The notes under the pieces are model-generated. The model had not been told where the DNA came from. It did not search any database and saw only the letters and a list, made by a program, of their open reading frames with translations. Positions 40,845-51,010 of a stretch of 64,000 bases of DNA are shown here, one piece after another; positions within the stretch are counted from its first letter, which is position 1, and each line of letters opens with the position of its first letter. A program made the translations under genes and the position numbers. This stretch comes from an uncultured Heliomicrobium sp. (GTDB taxonomy: Bacteria; Acidobacteriota; Blastocatellia; RBC074), in contig CAYYDG010000004.1 of NCBI GenBank assembly GCA_964470555.1, positions 33,053 to 97,052 on the forward strand, read 5' to 3'.

Positions 40845-42233
40845 ATGAAAACCCATTCAGGGCATTCGTTTCGATCAAAGACAATCGGCATAACACTGGT
40901 TGTCATTGTTATTGCAGGCTGGGTCGTAATGGAAGTCAGCGATCCGGTTTCGTCCCAAACCCCACAATCCCAAAGCCAGTTAATCGCTCGTGGCCGATAC
41001 CTTTTTTTCAACGAAACCTTCAATGGCAATGGCCGCACTTGCGGCACTTGCCATCCGGCAAACAACAACTTCACGATTGATCCGGCATTCATTGCCAAAT
41101 TGCCGCCGAATGATCCGTTGTTTGTTGCTGAGTTCGTCCCGGCGCTGAAGGAGAATTTCGAAAAACCGGAATTGATGCGGAAGTTCGGCTTGATTCTGGA
41201 AAACCTGGACGGATTCGACGACTTGCCGAACAAATTCACGATGCGCGGTGTGCCTCATACCTTGGGCATGCGCTTGTCGGTCAACAGTCAGGCCGGGCCG
41301 CGAACAGGTTGGTCAGGCGATGGCGCACCGGGCGATGGTTCGTTGCGGTCGTTTGCTACCGGAGCGGTGATTCAACATTTCACCAAAACGCTAAACCGAG
41401 TGGCCGGCGTTGATTTTCGGCTCCCGACCGAAGAGGAGCTGGACGCAATGGAAGCCTTCCAACTTTCGTTGGGACGACAGACCGAATTGGCCTTGCCCTT
41501 GCCGTTAAAAGGTGAGGTCATACGACGCGGCCAGGAAATCTTTCTGGATAACACGCTGGGCAAATGCAACATTTGCCATGCCAACGCCGGAGCAAATGCT
41601 AATCTGGGCGGTCCTCCGGTTGGCAATTTCAACTTCAACACCGGGGTTGCAGATTTGCCCGACCAACCAGGACGTTTGGTCAATCCCAGTATTCCGCGTG
41701 ACGATGGGTTTGGCAGACCCGGCGACGGAACATTCAACACGCCATCGCTGGTTGAAGCCGCCGACACGAGCGCGTTTTTCCACAACAATGCTGTCGAAAC
41801 CATCGAAGGCGCGGTGGCCTTTTACAACGGCGATGCATTCAAGAATTCGCCTTCGGGACAGTTTCTGGCTAATGCCGACCCAAATCGTGTGGCAATCAAA
41901 CTGGATGCGACGCAGGTCGTGGCTGTTGCTGCTTTTCTGCGAGCGATCAATTCGCTGGAAAACATTCGACAATCAATCGAACTGCTGGAATTCGCTCTGA
42001 ACAAAAATTCTCCTGATGGGCGAAATCCGAATCAGTTGTTGGATCAGGCGATTCGGGAAACATTCGACAGCTTCCGTGTGTTGGAAGGCGGGGGATTACA
42101 ACCTGCTGCCGTCATTCATTTGCAGGAAGCTAATCGGTTGACGGTGAAAGCACGAGGCAGTTGGTTTTCCAAAAAACGGCTGATGCGCGAAGCCATCGAA
42201 GCCTTGAAGCGTGGGCGAGAACAACTGATCTGA
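40845..42233 (+). CDS. Di-heme cytochrome c peroxidase family protein (CCP/MauG-like)
   Basis: Two CxxCH heme-binding motifs (CGTCH, CNICH). N-terminal TM/signal segment. Confidence 0.85.
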   Translation: MKTHSGHSFRSKTIGITLVVIVIAGWVVMEVSDPVSSQTPQSQSQLIARGRYLFFNETFNGNGRTCGTCHPANNNFTIDPAFIAKLPPNDPLFVAEFVPALKENFEKPELMRKFGLILENLDGFDDLPNKFTMRGVPHTLGMRLSVNSQAGPRTGWSGDGAPGDGSLRSFATGAVIQHFTKTLNRVAGVDFRLPTEEELDAMEAFQLSLGRQTELALPLPLKGEVIRRGQEIFLDNTLGKCNICHANAGANANLGGPPVGNFNFNTGVADLPDQPGRLVNPSIPRDDGFGRPGDGTFNTPSLVEAADTSAFFHNNAVETIEGAVAFYNGDAFKNSPSGQFLANADPNRVAIKLDATQVVAVAAFLRAINSLENIRQSIELLEFALNKNSPDGRNPNQLLDQAIRETFDSFRVLEGGGLQPAAVIHLQEANRLTVKARGSWFSKKRLMREAIEALKRGREQLI

Positions 42234-42249
42234 ACAAGGAGGAAAACAA

Positions 42250-42639
42250 ATGCGAAAGATTTTGTCGGCAATTTTCGTGACAGCCGTTTGTTGGTCAGCC
42301 TTCTGGCTTGGCGGCGGGGCTGTTAGTTACGGACAACAAACAACTGAACAGTTTATCCCGATGGGCAAATCTCCGGGCGTGTCAGGCAAATCCGCCTGGA
42401 TGGGAGAGATCGAACAGGTTGACGAGCCGAATCGCTCGATCACAGTCAAAATGGATTCGGCCAGCAAAACCATCAAGCTGACCGACAAAACACGAATCTG
42501 GCTGGATCGGTCGAAACTAAGGTCGAGCAGCCTCAAAGGTAGCTTCGCCGACTTGAAAAAAGGCAGCAAAGTCGAGGTCAAATACGTCAAAGACCACGAA
42601 TCTGAAGCTGAGTGGATCAAGATCGAAGTCGCCCAATAA
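42250..42639 (+). CDS. Hypothetical small secreted protein (129 aa)
   Basis: Signal peptide (MRKILSAIFVTAVCWSAFWLGGGA). Lies 17 nt downstream of the peroxidase gene and upstream of a strong terminator. Confidence 0.5.
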   Translation: MRKILSAIFVTAVCWSAFWLGGGAVSYGQQTTEQFIPMGKSPGVSGKSAWMGEIEQVDEPNRSITVKMDSASKTIKLTDKTRIWLDRSKLRSSSLKGSFADLKKGSKVEVKYVKDHESEAEWIKIEVAQ

Positions 42640-42641
42640 GC

Positions 42642-42689
42642 AAACGAAAAGCCGATAGAGTTGTTGAAGACTCTTTCGGCTTTTCGTTT
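42642..42689. terminator. Bidirectional rho-independent terminator between convergent genes
   Basis: 14-bp perfect stem AAACGAAAAGCCGA/TCGGCTTTTCGTTT, which gives U-tracts on both strands. Confidence 0.55.
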
Positions 42690-42713
42690 GGTGATGTTTA
42701 TTGATCGTTTGTC

Positions 42714-43730
42714 TCAGCTTAAGCCGCGAATTGAAATCAGCATGTTTTTCAGGCTGCTGGTCGCGTCAATCGCCGCCGTCGGTTCGTGTCCGCAGTGCAT
42801 CATGCAATCCTGGCATTTGGGATTGCCGCTTTTGCGCCCGTATTTTTCCCAGTCAGTGGTTTCCATGTATTCGCGGAACGTCTGCGCGTATCCGTCGCTG
42901 AACATATAGCAGGGTTTTTGCCAGCCAAAGATGTTGTAATTCGGACTGCCCCACGGAGTGCATTCGTAATCAATCTCGCCCATCAAAAACTTCAGGTACA
43001 ACGGCGATTGATTGAAGACCCATTTCTTGCCGCGCTTTGTCGAAAGCGGAGCCAGCACCTGGCGAAACAGTTGGTTGGTTTTTTGCCGCGATAGAAAATG
43101 ATCCTGGTCGGGCGCTTTTTCATAAGCGTAACCCGGCGCAATCGTCATCCCGTCCACGCCCAATTCCGAAAGCATGTCGAACATTTCGTGTAGCCCTTCC
43201 GCCGTTTCGCCTTCAAAAACGGTTGTGTTGGTGTTGACGCGAAACCCGGCAGCTTTGGTTTTTTTGATGGCTTCGATGGCAATGTCGAAAATGCCTTCGC
43301 GATCCACCGAATGATCGTGGCGTTCACGCATGCCGTCCAGATGTACGTTGAAGGTCAGATAAGGCGAAGGTTCGAAGCGGTACAGATTCTTTTCCAGCAG
43401 AATGGCGTTCGTGCAAAGGTAGACGAACTTTTTGCGTTCGATCATGCCTTTGGTGATGATTTCAATTTCGGGATGCAGCAGTGGTTCGCCGCCCGCAATG
43501 GTGACAACCGGTGCGCCGCATTCGTCCACAGCTTTGAACGCCTGCTCGGGCGTCATGTTCTTTTTCAGAATCTCGCCCGGATACTGAATCTTGCCGCATC
43601 CGATGCAGGCCAGATTGCAGCGAAAGAGCGGTTCCAGCATCAGCACCAGCGGATATTGCCGATTGCCTTTGAGTTTCTGTTTGAAAATATAACCGCCAAC
43701 GCGCACGGCTTGGCGTAGCGAGATAGCCAT
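42714..43730 (-). CDS. hpnH: Hopanoid biosynthesis-associated radical SAM protein HpnH (adenosylhopane synthase)
   Basis: [11 protein letters not shown] radical-SAM cluster motif and HpnH-specific blocks ([58 protein letters not shown]). Confidence 0.9.
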   Translation of the reverse strand: MAISLRQAVRVGGYIFKQKLKGNRQYPLVLMLEPLFRCNLACIGCGKIQYPGEILKKNMTPEQAFKAVDECGAPVVTIAGGEPLLHPEIEIITKGMIERKKFVYLCTNAILLEKNLYRFEPSPYLTFNVHLDGMRERHDHSVDREGIFDIAIEAIKKTKAAGFRVNTNTTVFEGETAEGLHEMFDMLSELGVDGMTIAPGYAYEKAPDQDHFLSRQKTNQLFRQVLAPLSTKRGKKWVFNQSPLYLKFLMGEIDYECTPWGSPNYNIFGWQKPCYMFSDGYAQTFREYMETTDWEKYGRKSGNPKCQDCMMHCGHEPTAAIDATSSLKNMLISIRGLS

Positions 43731-43843
43731 ACGTTCCTCTTTCTCCGGCTTTTCAATTGGAAACTAAATGGTTTGCAAACTTGGGGAGGATGCTAGCACA
43801 GGAATCGGCAAAATGGCCAAAGCCGAACCCGCTTGGCAACAGA

Positions 43844-44203
43844 TCAGCGATCGCGCGAATGAATCAGACGGCGAATACGATCCGAAAAGAGGACGTCAAT
43901 CTTTTTGGGTTCGATGACTGCTGTGACCTCGCCCTCGCCGAATTTTGGATGCAGCATGGATTGCCCCTTGCGATAAGTGCGTGTCCAGTCGTATGGAGCG
44001 CTTTCTGCGGAAAGACCCCGCTTCCTTGTCGCTGTTTTTATGCTTTTGAACCTGCCGCTCGTGCCACATTGAGGGCAGTTGACTCGCGTGATCTGACCTC
44101 GTTTACCGACCGATAACACAACGTGGCCTTTTTCTTCTCCGCAAACAACGCACAGTTGCTCGACGCGATCACCCAAAGCGTTTTGATGTTGTTCCTGTTC
44201 CAT
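43844..44203 (-). CDS. Hypothetical zinc-ribbon protein
   Basis: CVVCG...CPQCG zinc ribbon; 119 aa. Last gene of a three-gene minus-strand operon. Confidence 0.4.
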   Translation of the reverse strand: MEQEQHQNALGDRVEQLCVVCGEEKGHVVLSVGKRGQITRVNCPQCGTSGRFKSIKTATRKRGLSAESAPYDWTRTYRKGQSMLHPKFGEGEVTAVIEPKKIDVLFSDRIRRLIHSRDR

Positions 44204-44244
44204 GATCTTTATTTAGCCTCAGAAGAGTATGACGACAGACGCCT

Positions 44245-44718
44245 TCAGATTGTCAGTCCGCGGCGAAGCATTTCTTGGTGTGCCAATTGCCTGACTCTGG
44301 AACAGTCCATGATCCAGGGTCTTCCGCTTCTTGTTTTAGAAAACCAGGCAATACCTTGCCGGTGTTCGTAGTAAATTCCGTTCACATCACCAAGGATTGC
44401 CGCTGCCAGAATATCTTCAGGAATGGCGATGTCTGCGGCTCGATCCAGCACGCGTTCCAAAGCGCCAACCGCAGTTCTTGCCATGGCGTAATGGAAGCTC
44501 TCTTCGATCAGGTTAAGCAGCGGCGCGACAACCCGGGCATCTCCGATGTCGCCGAGCGCCTGAGCCGCTTCTTTCCTGACCAGATAAGATCGATCGGCCA
44601 GAGCCATAAGTAACGCTTCCTGCGCGCGCGGGTCGTTCGACCTGGTCAGCGACTTTACAATGCGCCGTCTGGTCAGGTCGTTACCAAACCTCAACAATGC
44701 CAGTCTCAGCCACATCAT
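44245..44718 (-). CDS. HEAT-repeat (PBS-lyase-like) protein
   Basis: Repeated ~30-aa units (ALLMALADRSYLVRKEAAQALGDIGDARVVAPL). ATGA overlap with the upstream gene. Confidence 0.55.
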   Translation of the reverse strand: MMWLRLALLRFGNDLTRRRIVKSLTRSNDPRAQEALLMALADRSYLVRKEAAQALGDIGDARVVAPLLNLIEESFHYAMARTAVGALERVLDRAADIAIPEDILAAAILGDVNGIYYEHRQGIAWFSKTRSGRPWIMDCSRVRQLAHQEMLRRGLTI

Positions 44719-44966
44719 GACTTTAATGCCTCATGTCTTTTATCTGCATCAGTCAGCGATAACACCCGGTTGAGTTCTTTTCCGGCAAGGCCAAAAAACT
44801 GTGCCATCTGTTTCAATTGCTCCTGGCCTGCATAATCCGCCGGTGTGGCACAAAACTTTTCAATGCCCGGAGTAAAGCTTACGCAGCGCATCTTTTTAGG
44901 AATCGAAAGACCATCGGAACAACGGCCATCCGACTGCTGAAGAATGCAAAACTCGCACAATGTCAT
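44715..44966 (-). CDS. Hypothetical Cys-rich small protein
   Basis: MTLCEFCILQQSDGRCSDGL...CVSF...FCATP; start trimmed to MTLCEF. First gene of the operon. Confidence 0.35.
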   Translation of the reverse strand: MTLCEFCILQQSDGRCSDGLSIPKKMRCVSFTPGIEKFCATPADYAGQEQLKQMAQFFGLAGKELNRVLSLTDADKRHEALKS

Positions 44967-45080
44967 GAACGCGCCTCCGTCAGAATCGCTCCCCAATTCG
45001 AAAGACTAGGCGCTCTTGACCAAAAAACTCGATGGCCAAGAGCGCCACGCTCGAAAAATCAGACCATTTCAGGTCAAGGT

Positions 45081-45377
45081 TTAGTAGCGCGACCGCCCCC
45101 CGCCGAATCCGCGTCCGCCGCCATTGTTTTCACGCGGCTTGGCTTCGTTGACGGTCAGACTGCGTCCACCGATTTCGGAGCCGTTGAATTTGGAAATGGC
45201 GGCTTCGCCTTCGGTTCTCGATCCCATTTCAATGAAACCGAAACCGCGTGGGCGACCGGTGTCACGATCAGTCACCAGAGAAATTGATTCGACACTGCCG
45301 ACCTGCGAAAACAGGTCTTGCAATTCTTCGTTGGTTGTTTGAAATGCCAAGTTGCCGACATAAAGTTTCATTGACAT
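45081..45377 (-). CDS. Glycine-rich RNA-binding protein (RRM domain)
   Basis: RNP2 LYVGNL and RNP1 RGFGFIEM. C-terminal GGGRGFGGGR tail. GAGGAAAGG SD. Confidence 0.85.
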   Translation of the reverse strand: MSMKLYVGNLAFQTTNEELQDLFSQVGSVESISLVTDRDTGRPRGFGFIEMGSRTEGEAAISKFNGSEIGGRSLTVNEAKPRENNGGGRGFGGGRSRY

Positions 45378-45913
45378 AAAATAGATACCTTTCCTCATCA
45401 AGGAGGATTGAGAGAAGCTTCGAATTGAAGTGGCTTCGGAGTACGGTAGCAGCGAAGGCTTGATTTCGGATGCTCTGTCGAGCAGCTTCTAAAGTTTGTG
45501 GTTTACCGACTCCCGGACTAAATCATTACGCTGCTACGTACATTGAAAGGTAGAAACGCGTCACCGTTCGAAACGAGAGAAGGAGTGAACTCTGTGGAGG
45601 ATGCGCCAGATTCAGATAAGTTGCAAGCGATTTGGGATTTTCGCCTGTTGTTCGATTGAACTCATTGCGTTTTGGCAGAGCGTGATTCTGGTTTTGAGGT
45701 CTGTCGAATAATTCGCTGCGGTTTGGGCAAATACGCAAACGGCAGGCGATTGATCCGGTTTCCAGCATTCTTTTTCCCAATGATTGCAATACCCATTTGG
45801 CAGGTTAAAAGCAGCAGGTTGGATATGATGAGAGAGTTGTTGGGTAAATAAACGGATTGCACCCCAATGCATTGCTTCAAAAAAAAGGTATTAATGTCGC
45901 GTGGTGACTGCTT

Positions 45914-45942
45914 GTTGACTATGCCATCTGCTGAGCGTATGG
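45914..45942 (+). promoter_or_regulatory. Putative sigma70-like promoter (TTGACT - 17 nt - TATGGT)
   Basis: Lies ~95 nt upstream of the first small gene of the plus-strand small-gene cluster. Confidence 0.3.
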
Positions 45943-46039
45943 TGAATTTGAACTGAGCTTGGCTCACTCTCTTCGTCAGCTCCTCTGGGATCATCCAGAC
46001 TATCTGAATCGCATAGCTCACCTTCCCAAGGAGCAAATC

Positions 46040-46321
46040 ATGTTTGTCCAAGATAATCTGCGAAAACTCAAAGAAGTTTTTGACGCGAACTTTCCCAAAA
46101 CCAAATTCTTTACGATGTTTACCGGAGCGGTAATCGTTTCTTCCTGCTTGCTTGCGATTGGCAGCCGCGCGGCAGACGCTTCCGAGAAAGCTGATTTCGT
46201 TTGGATTTTATTGGCGACTGGATTGCAAATAGGTATTGGCGCTGGCATCGGTTTTCGCATGTTCATCAACGGTAGAATTTTTTTGAATCCCCCTCCTTCC
46301 ATCGGGCCAAATTTCGCTTAA
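46040..46321 (+). CDS. Hypothetical small membrane protein (93 aa)
   Basis: Internal ATG with an AAGGAG SD; two hydrophobic segments. Confidence 0.4.
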   Translation: MFVQDNLRKLKEVFDANFPKTKFFTMFTGAVIVSSCLLAIGSRAADASEKADFVWILLATGLQIGIGAGIGFRMFINGRIFLNPPPSIGPNFA

Positions 46322-46356
46322 GCCCCAGACCTTCATTGAGTGAGGAGTAAGTGGCA

Positions 46357-46848
46357 ATGATCAACATCGGTTGCAAGGTGAATTACCCAAATCAAGGCCC
46401 ATGTCTGATTGACTCTGTTGTAAAAAAAGAAGTCGCGGGCAATTCCATGAGCTTCTATTGCCTGGCACTGCTGGATGACCGTGGCGGTGAATTGTTCGTC
46501 CCAGTGGAAAAAGCCGAAGACTTGGGTTTGCGACCCCTGCTGAAAAAGTCTGAAATCCCAAGACTGCTAGGCCAATTAGCGAAGGATAGTCAGGTGGCCA
46601 AAGATTGGAAACAGCGCACAAAAGACAATTTGAAATTGCTGGCGTCCGGATCGGCATTTGATCTGGCAGATGTTGTCGAATCGCTGACAACTTTGAACAA
46701 GAGCAAATTGCTCTCTACCCGTGAAAGCAGTTTGCTGGAAAAGGCAAAGCGACTTTTGGTTTGCGAAATTTCCGAAGTGCTGGGCGAGACAAAGGCTGTG
46801 GTCGAAGAAAAGGTAAACCTCGCGCTCAGAGTGCGAAACGAACTTTAA
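46357..46848 (+). CDS. CarD/CdnL family RNA polymerase-binding transcription factor
   Basis: N-terminal CarD_TRCF-like RNAP-interacting domain pattern (INIGCKVNYPNQGPCLIDSVVKKEVAGNSMSFYCLALLD...LFVPVEKAEDLGLRPL) plus a C-terminal helical domain. Confidence 0.65.
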   Translation: MINIGCKVNYPNQGPCLIDSVVKKEVAGNSMSFYCLALLDDRGGELFVPVEKAEDLGLRPLLKKSEIPRLLGQLAKDSQVAKDWKQRTKDNLKLLASGSAFDLADVVESLTTLNKSKLLSTRESSLLEKAKRLLVCEISEVLGETKAVVEEKVNLALRVRNEL

Positions 46849-46882
46849 GCTTGTGGCGATCCATTGGCCTCAAGGAGCAAAG

Positions 46883-47092
46883 ATGGCCAAATTCGAAATC
46901 TATCAAGATAACTCTGGCGATTACCGGTGGCGGTTTCAGTCGAACAGCGGAAAAATTCTGGCTGTTTCGGCTGAAGGTTACCTCAATCGAGCGAATTGCG
47001 AGCACGCAATCATTTTGCTGAAGCGTGAAAACTCGAACGCCCCCATCGCAGACGCTCCCAAGCCGTTACTTTCAGAATCGCTGCTTGGATAA
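46883..47092 (+). CDS. DUF1508 (YegP-like) domain protein
   Basis: MAKFEIYQDNSGDYRWRFQSNSGKILAVSAEGY matches the YegP/DUF1508 repeat. AAGGAG SD. Confidence 0.65.
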   Translation: MAKFEIYQDNSGDYRWRFQSNSGKILAVSAEGYLNRANCEHAIILLKRENSNAPIADAPKPLLSESLLG

Positions 47093-47113
47093 AAAAGTCA
47101 GAGAGGAAATGAA

Positions 47114-47425
47114 GTGCTCGTTATTCTCGTGGATATTGTTGACGCCCTGGAACGGCTGGCTGCCGGCGAGCAACCTTACGAGTATAAGACCGAAGATTCG
47201 AAGTTTCGTCTTCTCGGCCCAGCTTGTGGATTCGGAACCGACAGTTTGCGAATTTATCGAGAACAGGGCACTTATGCTGAAAACATTGTCGAAGCGCAAG
47301 GTTTGGCCAGTGCCAGGAATCTGACCATAACGGGAATCTGGTTTGTAAAACATTCACAAGAGCGTTTGGCAACCCAGGCTGAGTGCGATAAGGTGAATTC
47401 GATGGTAAAGAGCCGCAAGCTTTGA
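47114..47425 (+). CDS. Hypothetical protein (103 aa)
   Basis: GTG start with GAGAGGAA upstream; no family recognised. Confidence 0.35.
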   Translation: MLVILVDIVDALERLAAGEQPYEYKTEDSKFRLLGPACGFGTDSLRIYREQGTYAENIVEAQGLASARNLTITGIWFVKHSQERLATQAECDKVNSMVKSRKL

Positions 47426-47549
47426 ATTTGAAGAAAAGTTTGTAAGTTTGGCGCAGACTCACTGACTTTTAATCCCGCCTCTTCTTCTCTTAACAACTTC
47501 AATGTCTCGAAAATCAAACTGAAGGCCGCGAAATAGTGGCGAGATAAAA

Positions 47550-47594
47550 CCGGTCAAAGTGAAACAAGCTGGCAGCTCGTTTCACTTTGACCGG
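47550..47594. terminator. Rho-independent terminator (16-bp perfect stem), mainly for the minus-strand M28 gene
   Basis: CCGGTCAAAGTGAAAC/GTTTCACTTTGACCGG; on the minus strand followed by UUUUAUCUC. Sits 7 nt after the M28 stop. Confidence 0.55.
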
Positions 47595-47600
47595 GAAGTT

Positions 47601-49289
47601 TTATCGTCCGGCTTGCTGGCTTCCCGGCGCGGGTTTGCGCGGGAATTTTTCGTCGCGCATAGCGGCGTTGTATACAAACGCAGCCATAATCGTCGCAGCC
47701 TGTTTCATATCGTCCGCTTGCAAACGTTCGTAAACGTCCATGTTGGAATGGTGCGTGCGAGAATCGTATTCGACTTCATCCTGAATGAACTGGAACCCCG
47801 GCAAGCCAATGGCGTCGAACGCCAGGTGATCGGTTCCGCTCGTGTTGCGAATCGTGATGGTCGAAGCTCCCAGGTCGGCGAACGGAGCCAGCCAGGTGCG
47901 AAACACCGAACGCGCGGCTTCGTTGCCTTGCAGATACACGCCGCGAATTTTTCCTGTGCCGTTGTCCAGATTGAAATACACCGAAAACTTGTCGTAATCC
48001 GGTTTGGTCGCCAATGGGCCTTGAGGACCGCCGAAACCTCCTCCTCCGCCACCCGGCCTGCCGCCGCCCGCGGCTGCGGGTTGGCCTTGCGCGGCTTGGC
48101 GAGCACCGAAGTGTTTGGCGACATACGCGCGCGAACCGAGCAGTCCTTGTTCTTCGCCGCTCCACAATGCGACGCGTATCGTCCGGCGCGGTTGCACGCC
48201 GAGAGCTTTCAGAATGCGAACGGCTTCGATGGCCACAGCGCAGCCAGAAGCGTTATCGGTGGCTCCGGTTCCGCCGTGCCAGGAATCCAGGTGGCCGCCC
48301 AACATGACAATCTCGTCTTTTTTGTCCGTGCCGGGAATTTCGGCGACGGTGTTGTAGGCCATCAGATCGTCGTCGTGGAATTGCGCTTTCACGTCAATTT
48401 CCATTTTGACCTTCACGCCTTTTTGAAGCGTGCGGACAATGCGTCCGTAATGTTCTATGGCCAGCGTGACGGACGGCAACGATTGCGGAGCGTCTTTGTC
48501 GCGCGGGCCGCCGCCTTGCACGAACACCGTTCCGCCGTGAACGTTGTCGCCGACGCGGTCAATGTCCAACACCACGGCGACGCCTTCGGATTTGAAGAAG
48601 GCCGTTTTTTGTGTGGCCATACGCTGCGCCTGCAACATCTGCTGGCGTTGTTCGTCTGTGAAATTTCCGCCGCCGCGTGGTTCAGGCTGATCGTTGGCCA
48701 TTCTGAGCAATTCTTCGTCGGTGAACCGAACCGCCGGAGCTTTGAACTGGGCCAGAACAGGGCGCAACGGCGAAGCCAGCACAATCGCTCCTTTCAGCTT
48801 GCCTTTGTATTTTTCAAAATCGGCTTCACTGTTGATTTCGGGAAAGATGGCTTCGGCGACGACCGGGCCGTTGGTTCCCGGCGTCCAGGCCTTGGGGTAA
48901 CCAATCACCGGATACGGCGTCGGTTCAAGGACGTGAATCGAGACTTTGTCGAACGACCAGCCGCGACCGAATTTGCCCCACTCTTCGACGTTGGCGTTGA
49001 CCAGGCCGTATTCGGCCATACGTTTTTTTGCCCATTCGTTGGCGGCTTTCATGCCGGGCGAACCGGTCAGCCGATGGCCGTTGACGTCGGTCAACCAACT
49101 CAGCGTATCCATCACCTGGGAACGTTCCAGACCTTCCGCGCGAATTTTCTTCATCATTTCCAGGTCTACTTTTTCGGCTGGAGCCATTTGCGCGCCGACC
49201 GGCGTCAAGACAACCTGGCAGATCAACAGAAGTGCGATGACTGATGCCATGGCCCATTTGAAACTATGCTTGGTGGCAAGCTTGTACAT
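47601..49289 (-). CDS. M28 family peptidase with PA (protease-associated) domain, secreted
   Basis: Signal peptide; M28 metal ligands ([21 protein letters not shown]); glycine-rich insert. Start at MYKLATK with a GGAGGA SD. Confidence 0.85.
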   Translation of the reverse strand: MYKLATKHSFKWAMASVIALLLICQVVLTPVGAQMAPAEKVDLEMMKKIRAEGLERSQVMDTLSWLTDVNGHRLTGSPGMKAANEWAKKRMAEYGLVNANVEEWGKFGRGWSFDKVSIHVLEPTPYPVIGYPKAWTPGTNGPVVAEAIFPEINSEADFEKYKGKLKGAIVLASPLRPVLAQFKAPAVRFTDEELLRMANDQPEPRGGGNFTDEQRQQMLQAQRMATQKTAFFKSEGVAVVLDIDRVGDNVHGGTVFVQGGGPRDKDAPQSLPSVTLAIEHYGRIVRTLQKGVKVKMEIDVKAQFHDDDLMAYNTVAEIPGTDKKDEIVMLGGHLDSWHGGTGATDNASGCAVAIEAVRILKALGVQPRRTIRVALWSGEEQGLLGSRAYVAKHFGARQAAQGQPAAAGGGRPGGGGGGFGGPQGPLATKPDYDKFSVYFNLDNGTGKIRGVYLQGNEAARSVFRTWLAPFADLGASTITIRNTSGTDHLAFDAIGLPGFQFIQDEVEYDSRTHHSNMDVYERLQADDMKQAATIMAAFVYNAAMRDEKFPRKPAPGSQQAGR

Positions 49290-49498
49290 AAGGTTTTCCT
49301 CCGAAGGGTTATTGGCAGCCACGAGCCGCCAAAGCTTCGTATTTGAAGTTTGAATTTGTTACTGAATGTTGATGACGATCAGGATTGGCAGTTTAAGCGT
49401 CTGTGTCTTGTTGTCACAAGCAATCGCCGACTGCGTAAGTAAAAACGTTCGAGCTTGCCAACTGGTTTCGGCTGATTGTTCGTGGGCGCAAAATGAAA

Positions 49499-49534
49499 AA
49501 ACGCAGCCAACAGTTTGTCCTGTTTGCTGCGTTT
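49499..49534 (-). terminator. Putative terminator after small secreted protein gene
   Basis: AACGCAGC...GCTGCGTT stem; on the minus strand followed by UUUUUCAUUUU. Confidence 0.4.
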
Positions 49535-49557
49535 GTATTCGGACGACCGGTTTTCGG

Positions 49558-49947
49558 CTATTTGCTGGCGACCAGATTGGTTGCCAACGGCATGACCTGA
49601 TCGGCTTTGATGACGACCCGATTGTTTTTGATTTCGATCCGGCCAAACACCGAAACGCGAAGCACTGGTTCATGAATCAGCGCCTGTCGTTGCGATTTGG
49701 ACAACTGTTCCAGCGAAACGGCGACAAAAGCCTTGCTGGTCTGGTCGAACACATTCATCGAACGGAAATCCGCATTGACCGATACGATTTCTGCGGTGAC
49801 AACCACGCGGCGGCCTTCGAGTTCCGAAGCTCGACCGGCGATATTTTTCAACTCAACGGGTGCATACCCGCCGTCAGCGACTTTGCCCTGAGCCAAAGCC
49901 GTCAATGTCAAACAACAAATGAAAAGAAAGGTGCGAACTAAAAACAT
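49558..49947 (-). CDS. Hypothetical small secreted protein (129 aa)
   Basis: Signal peptide MFLVRTFLFICCLTLTALAQG; no family recognised. Confidence 0.45.
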   Translation of the reverse strand: MFLVRTFLFICCLTLTALAQGKVADGGYAPVELKNIAGRASELEGRRVVVTAEIVSVNADFRSMNVFDQTSKAFVAVSLEQLSKSQRQALIHEPVLRVSVFGRIEIKNNRVVIKADQVMPLATNLVASK

Positions 49948-50322
49948 TCAATCTCCTGGAAAAAATGAAAAAGAATAAGGGTTATGAATCTTTGCTTGAT
50001 GATCCGATTCGGCGACAGAACATCAGGTCGCTGAGTTTCTTGCGCGAACGGCTGCAAACAAAGGCGCGGAGTGTAGCCGAGCTTTCCAGGACAGGCAAGT
50101 CGCGGGAAAAGATTTTCGGAATTTGGGAAATTGGTTTGCTGTCAAATCGCCGCGCCAAAATTTTCCTTTTCGCATTCGGCGACGAAGTGTTAAATTACGG
50201 CTTCGCCGTTGGAGGTTTCTCCGCATCTCGTTCCCGCAATTTTGAACCACGTTTGAGTAATTGATCTTCGATCCACTTGCCGGCCCCGCAAACGCAAAAG
50301 TTATCAGGTAAGGAGAATTTCA

Positions 50323-50991
50323 ATGTTAGTCTGTCCGTCTTGTGGAAGTTCCAGAATACGTAATGGGTATAAACCCTCGATGTTTTTTCTGCGCATCGTC
50401 GGCATCAGAGCTTTGTTGTGTGACAACTGCAATTTTCCGTTTCAAGCCTTTTCACCATTTCCGCCGAAAACCAGACGACCCAAACAATTTGCCAAAGCGG
50501 ACGTGTATCCGGTTGCTCCTGCGGTTGATCTGGAGCAGTTGAAACCGTCTTTGCCTGTTGCCGAACCGCAAGGGGTGAAGCTGGCTTTGCCCGTTTCTGC
50601 GAAACCGGTTCAAACACTACAACCGGAATCACGACCCGCGCCAGTTGCAGCGGCAGTGAAGGCTTCTGCGGAACCTGCCGTCAAAGTTAAGGTTGACCGC
50701 CTGGCTCCTGCGCGACAGGGATTGCGAACGGAAATCACCAAACTGCACGCGCAAAGAGCACAGGAGCAGCCGGATGAATTGCCGCAAGCAATTCATCAAA
50801 CTTCGCTGGCTTGCCCGGAATGCCAATCGCGCAACGTCAAACGGCGTCGGAGAAATTTCCTGGAACGTGCCTTTCTGGCATTCAGCGATCACAAACCGTT
50901 CATCTGCCGAAACTGCGATGCCGTGTTTTATTCCAAATCCAGCGAACAGGAAGACGGGGCGCACCGCGTCGGTCGGGCAGAAGCGGCCTGA
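50323..50991 (+). CDS. Hypothetical double zinc-ribbon protein with Pro-rich linker
   Basis: N-terminal CPSCG...CDNC and C-terminal CPECQ...CRNC CxxC pairs, separated by a PAVxxP-rich region. Confidence 0.45.
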   Translation: MLVCPSCGSSRIRNGYKPSMFFLRIVGIRALLCDNCNFPFQAFSPFPPKTRRPKQFAKADVYPVAPAVDLEQLKPSLPVAEPQGVKLALPVSAKPVQTLQPESRPAPVAAAVKASAEPAVKVKVDRLAPARQGLRTEITKLHAQRAQEQPDELPQAIHQTSLACPECQSRNVKRRRRNFLERAFLAFSDHKPFICRNCDAVFYSKSSEQEDGAHRVGRAEAA

Positions 50992-51010
50992 AGTCATTTT
51001 GGGTTGATTC

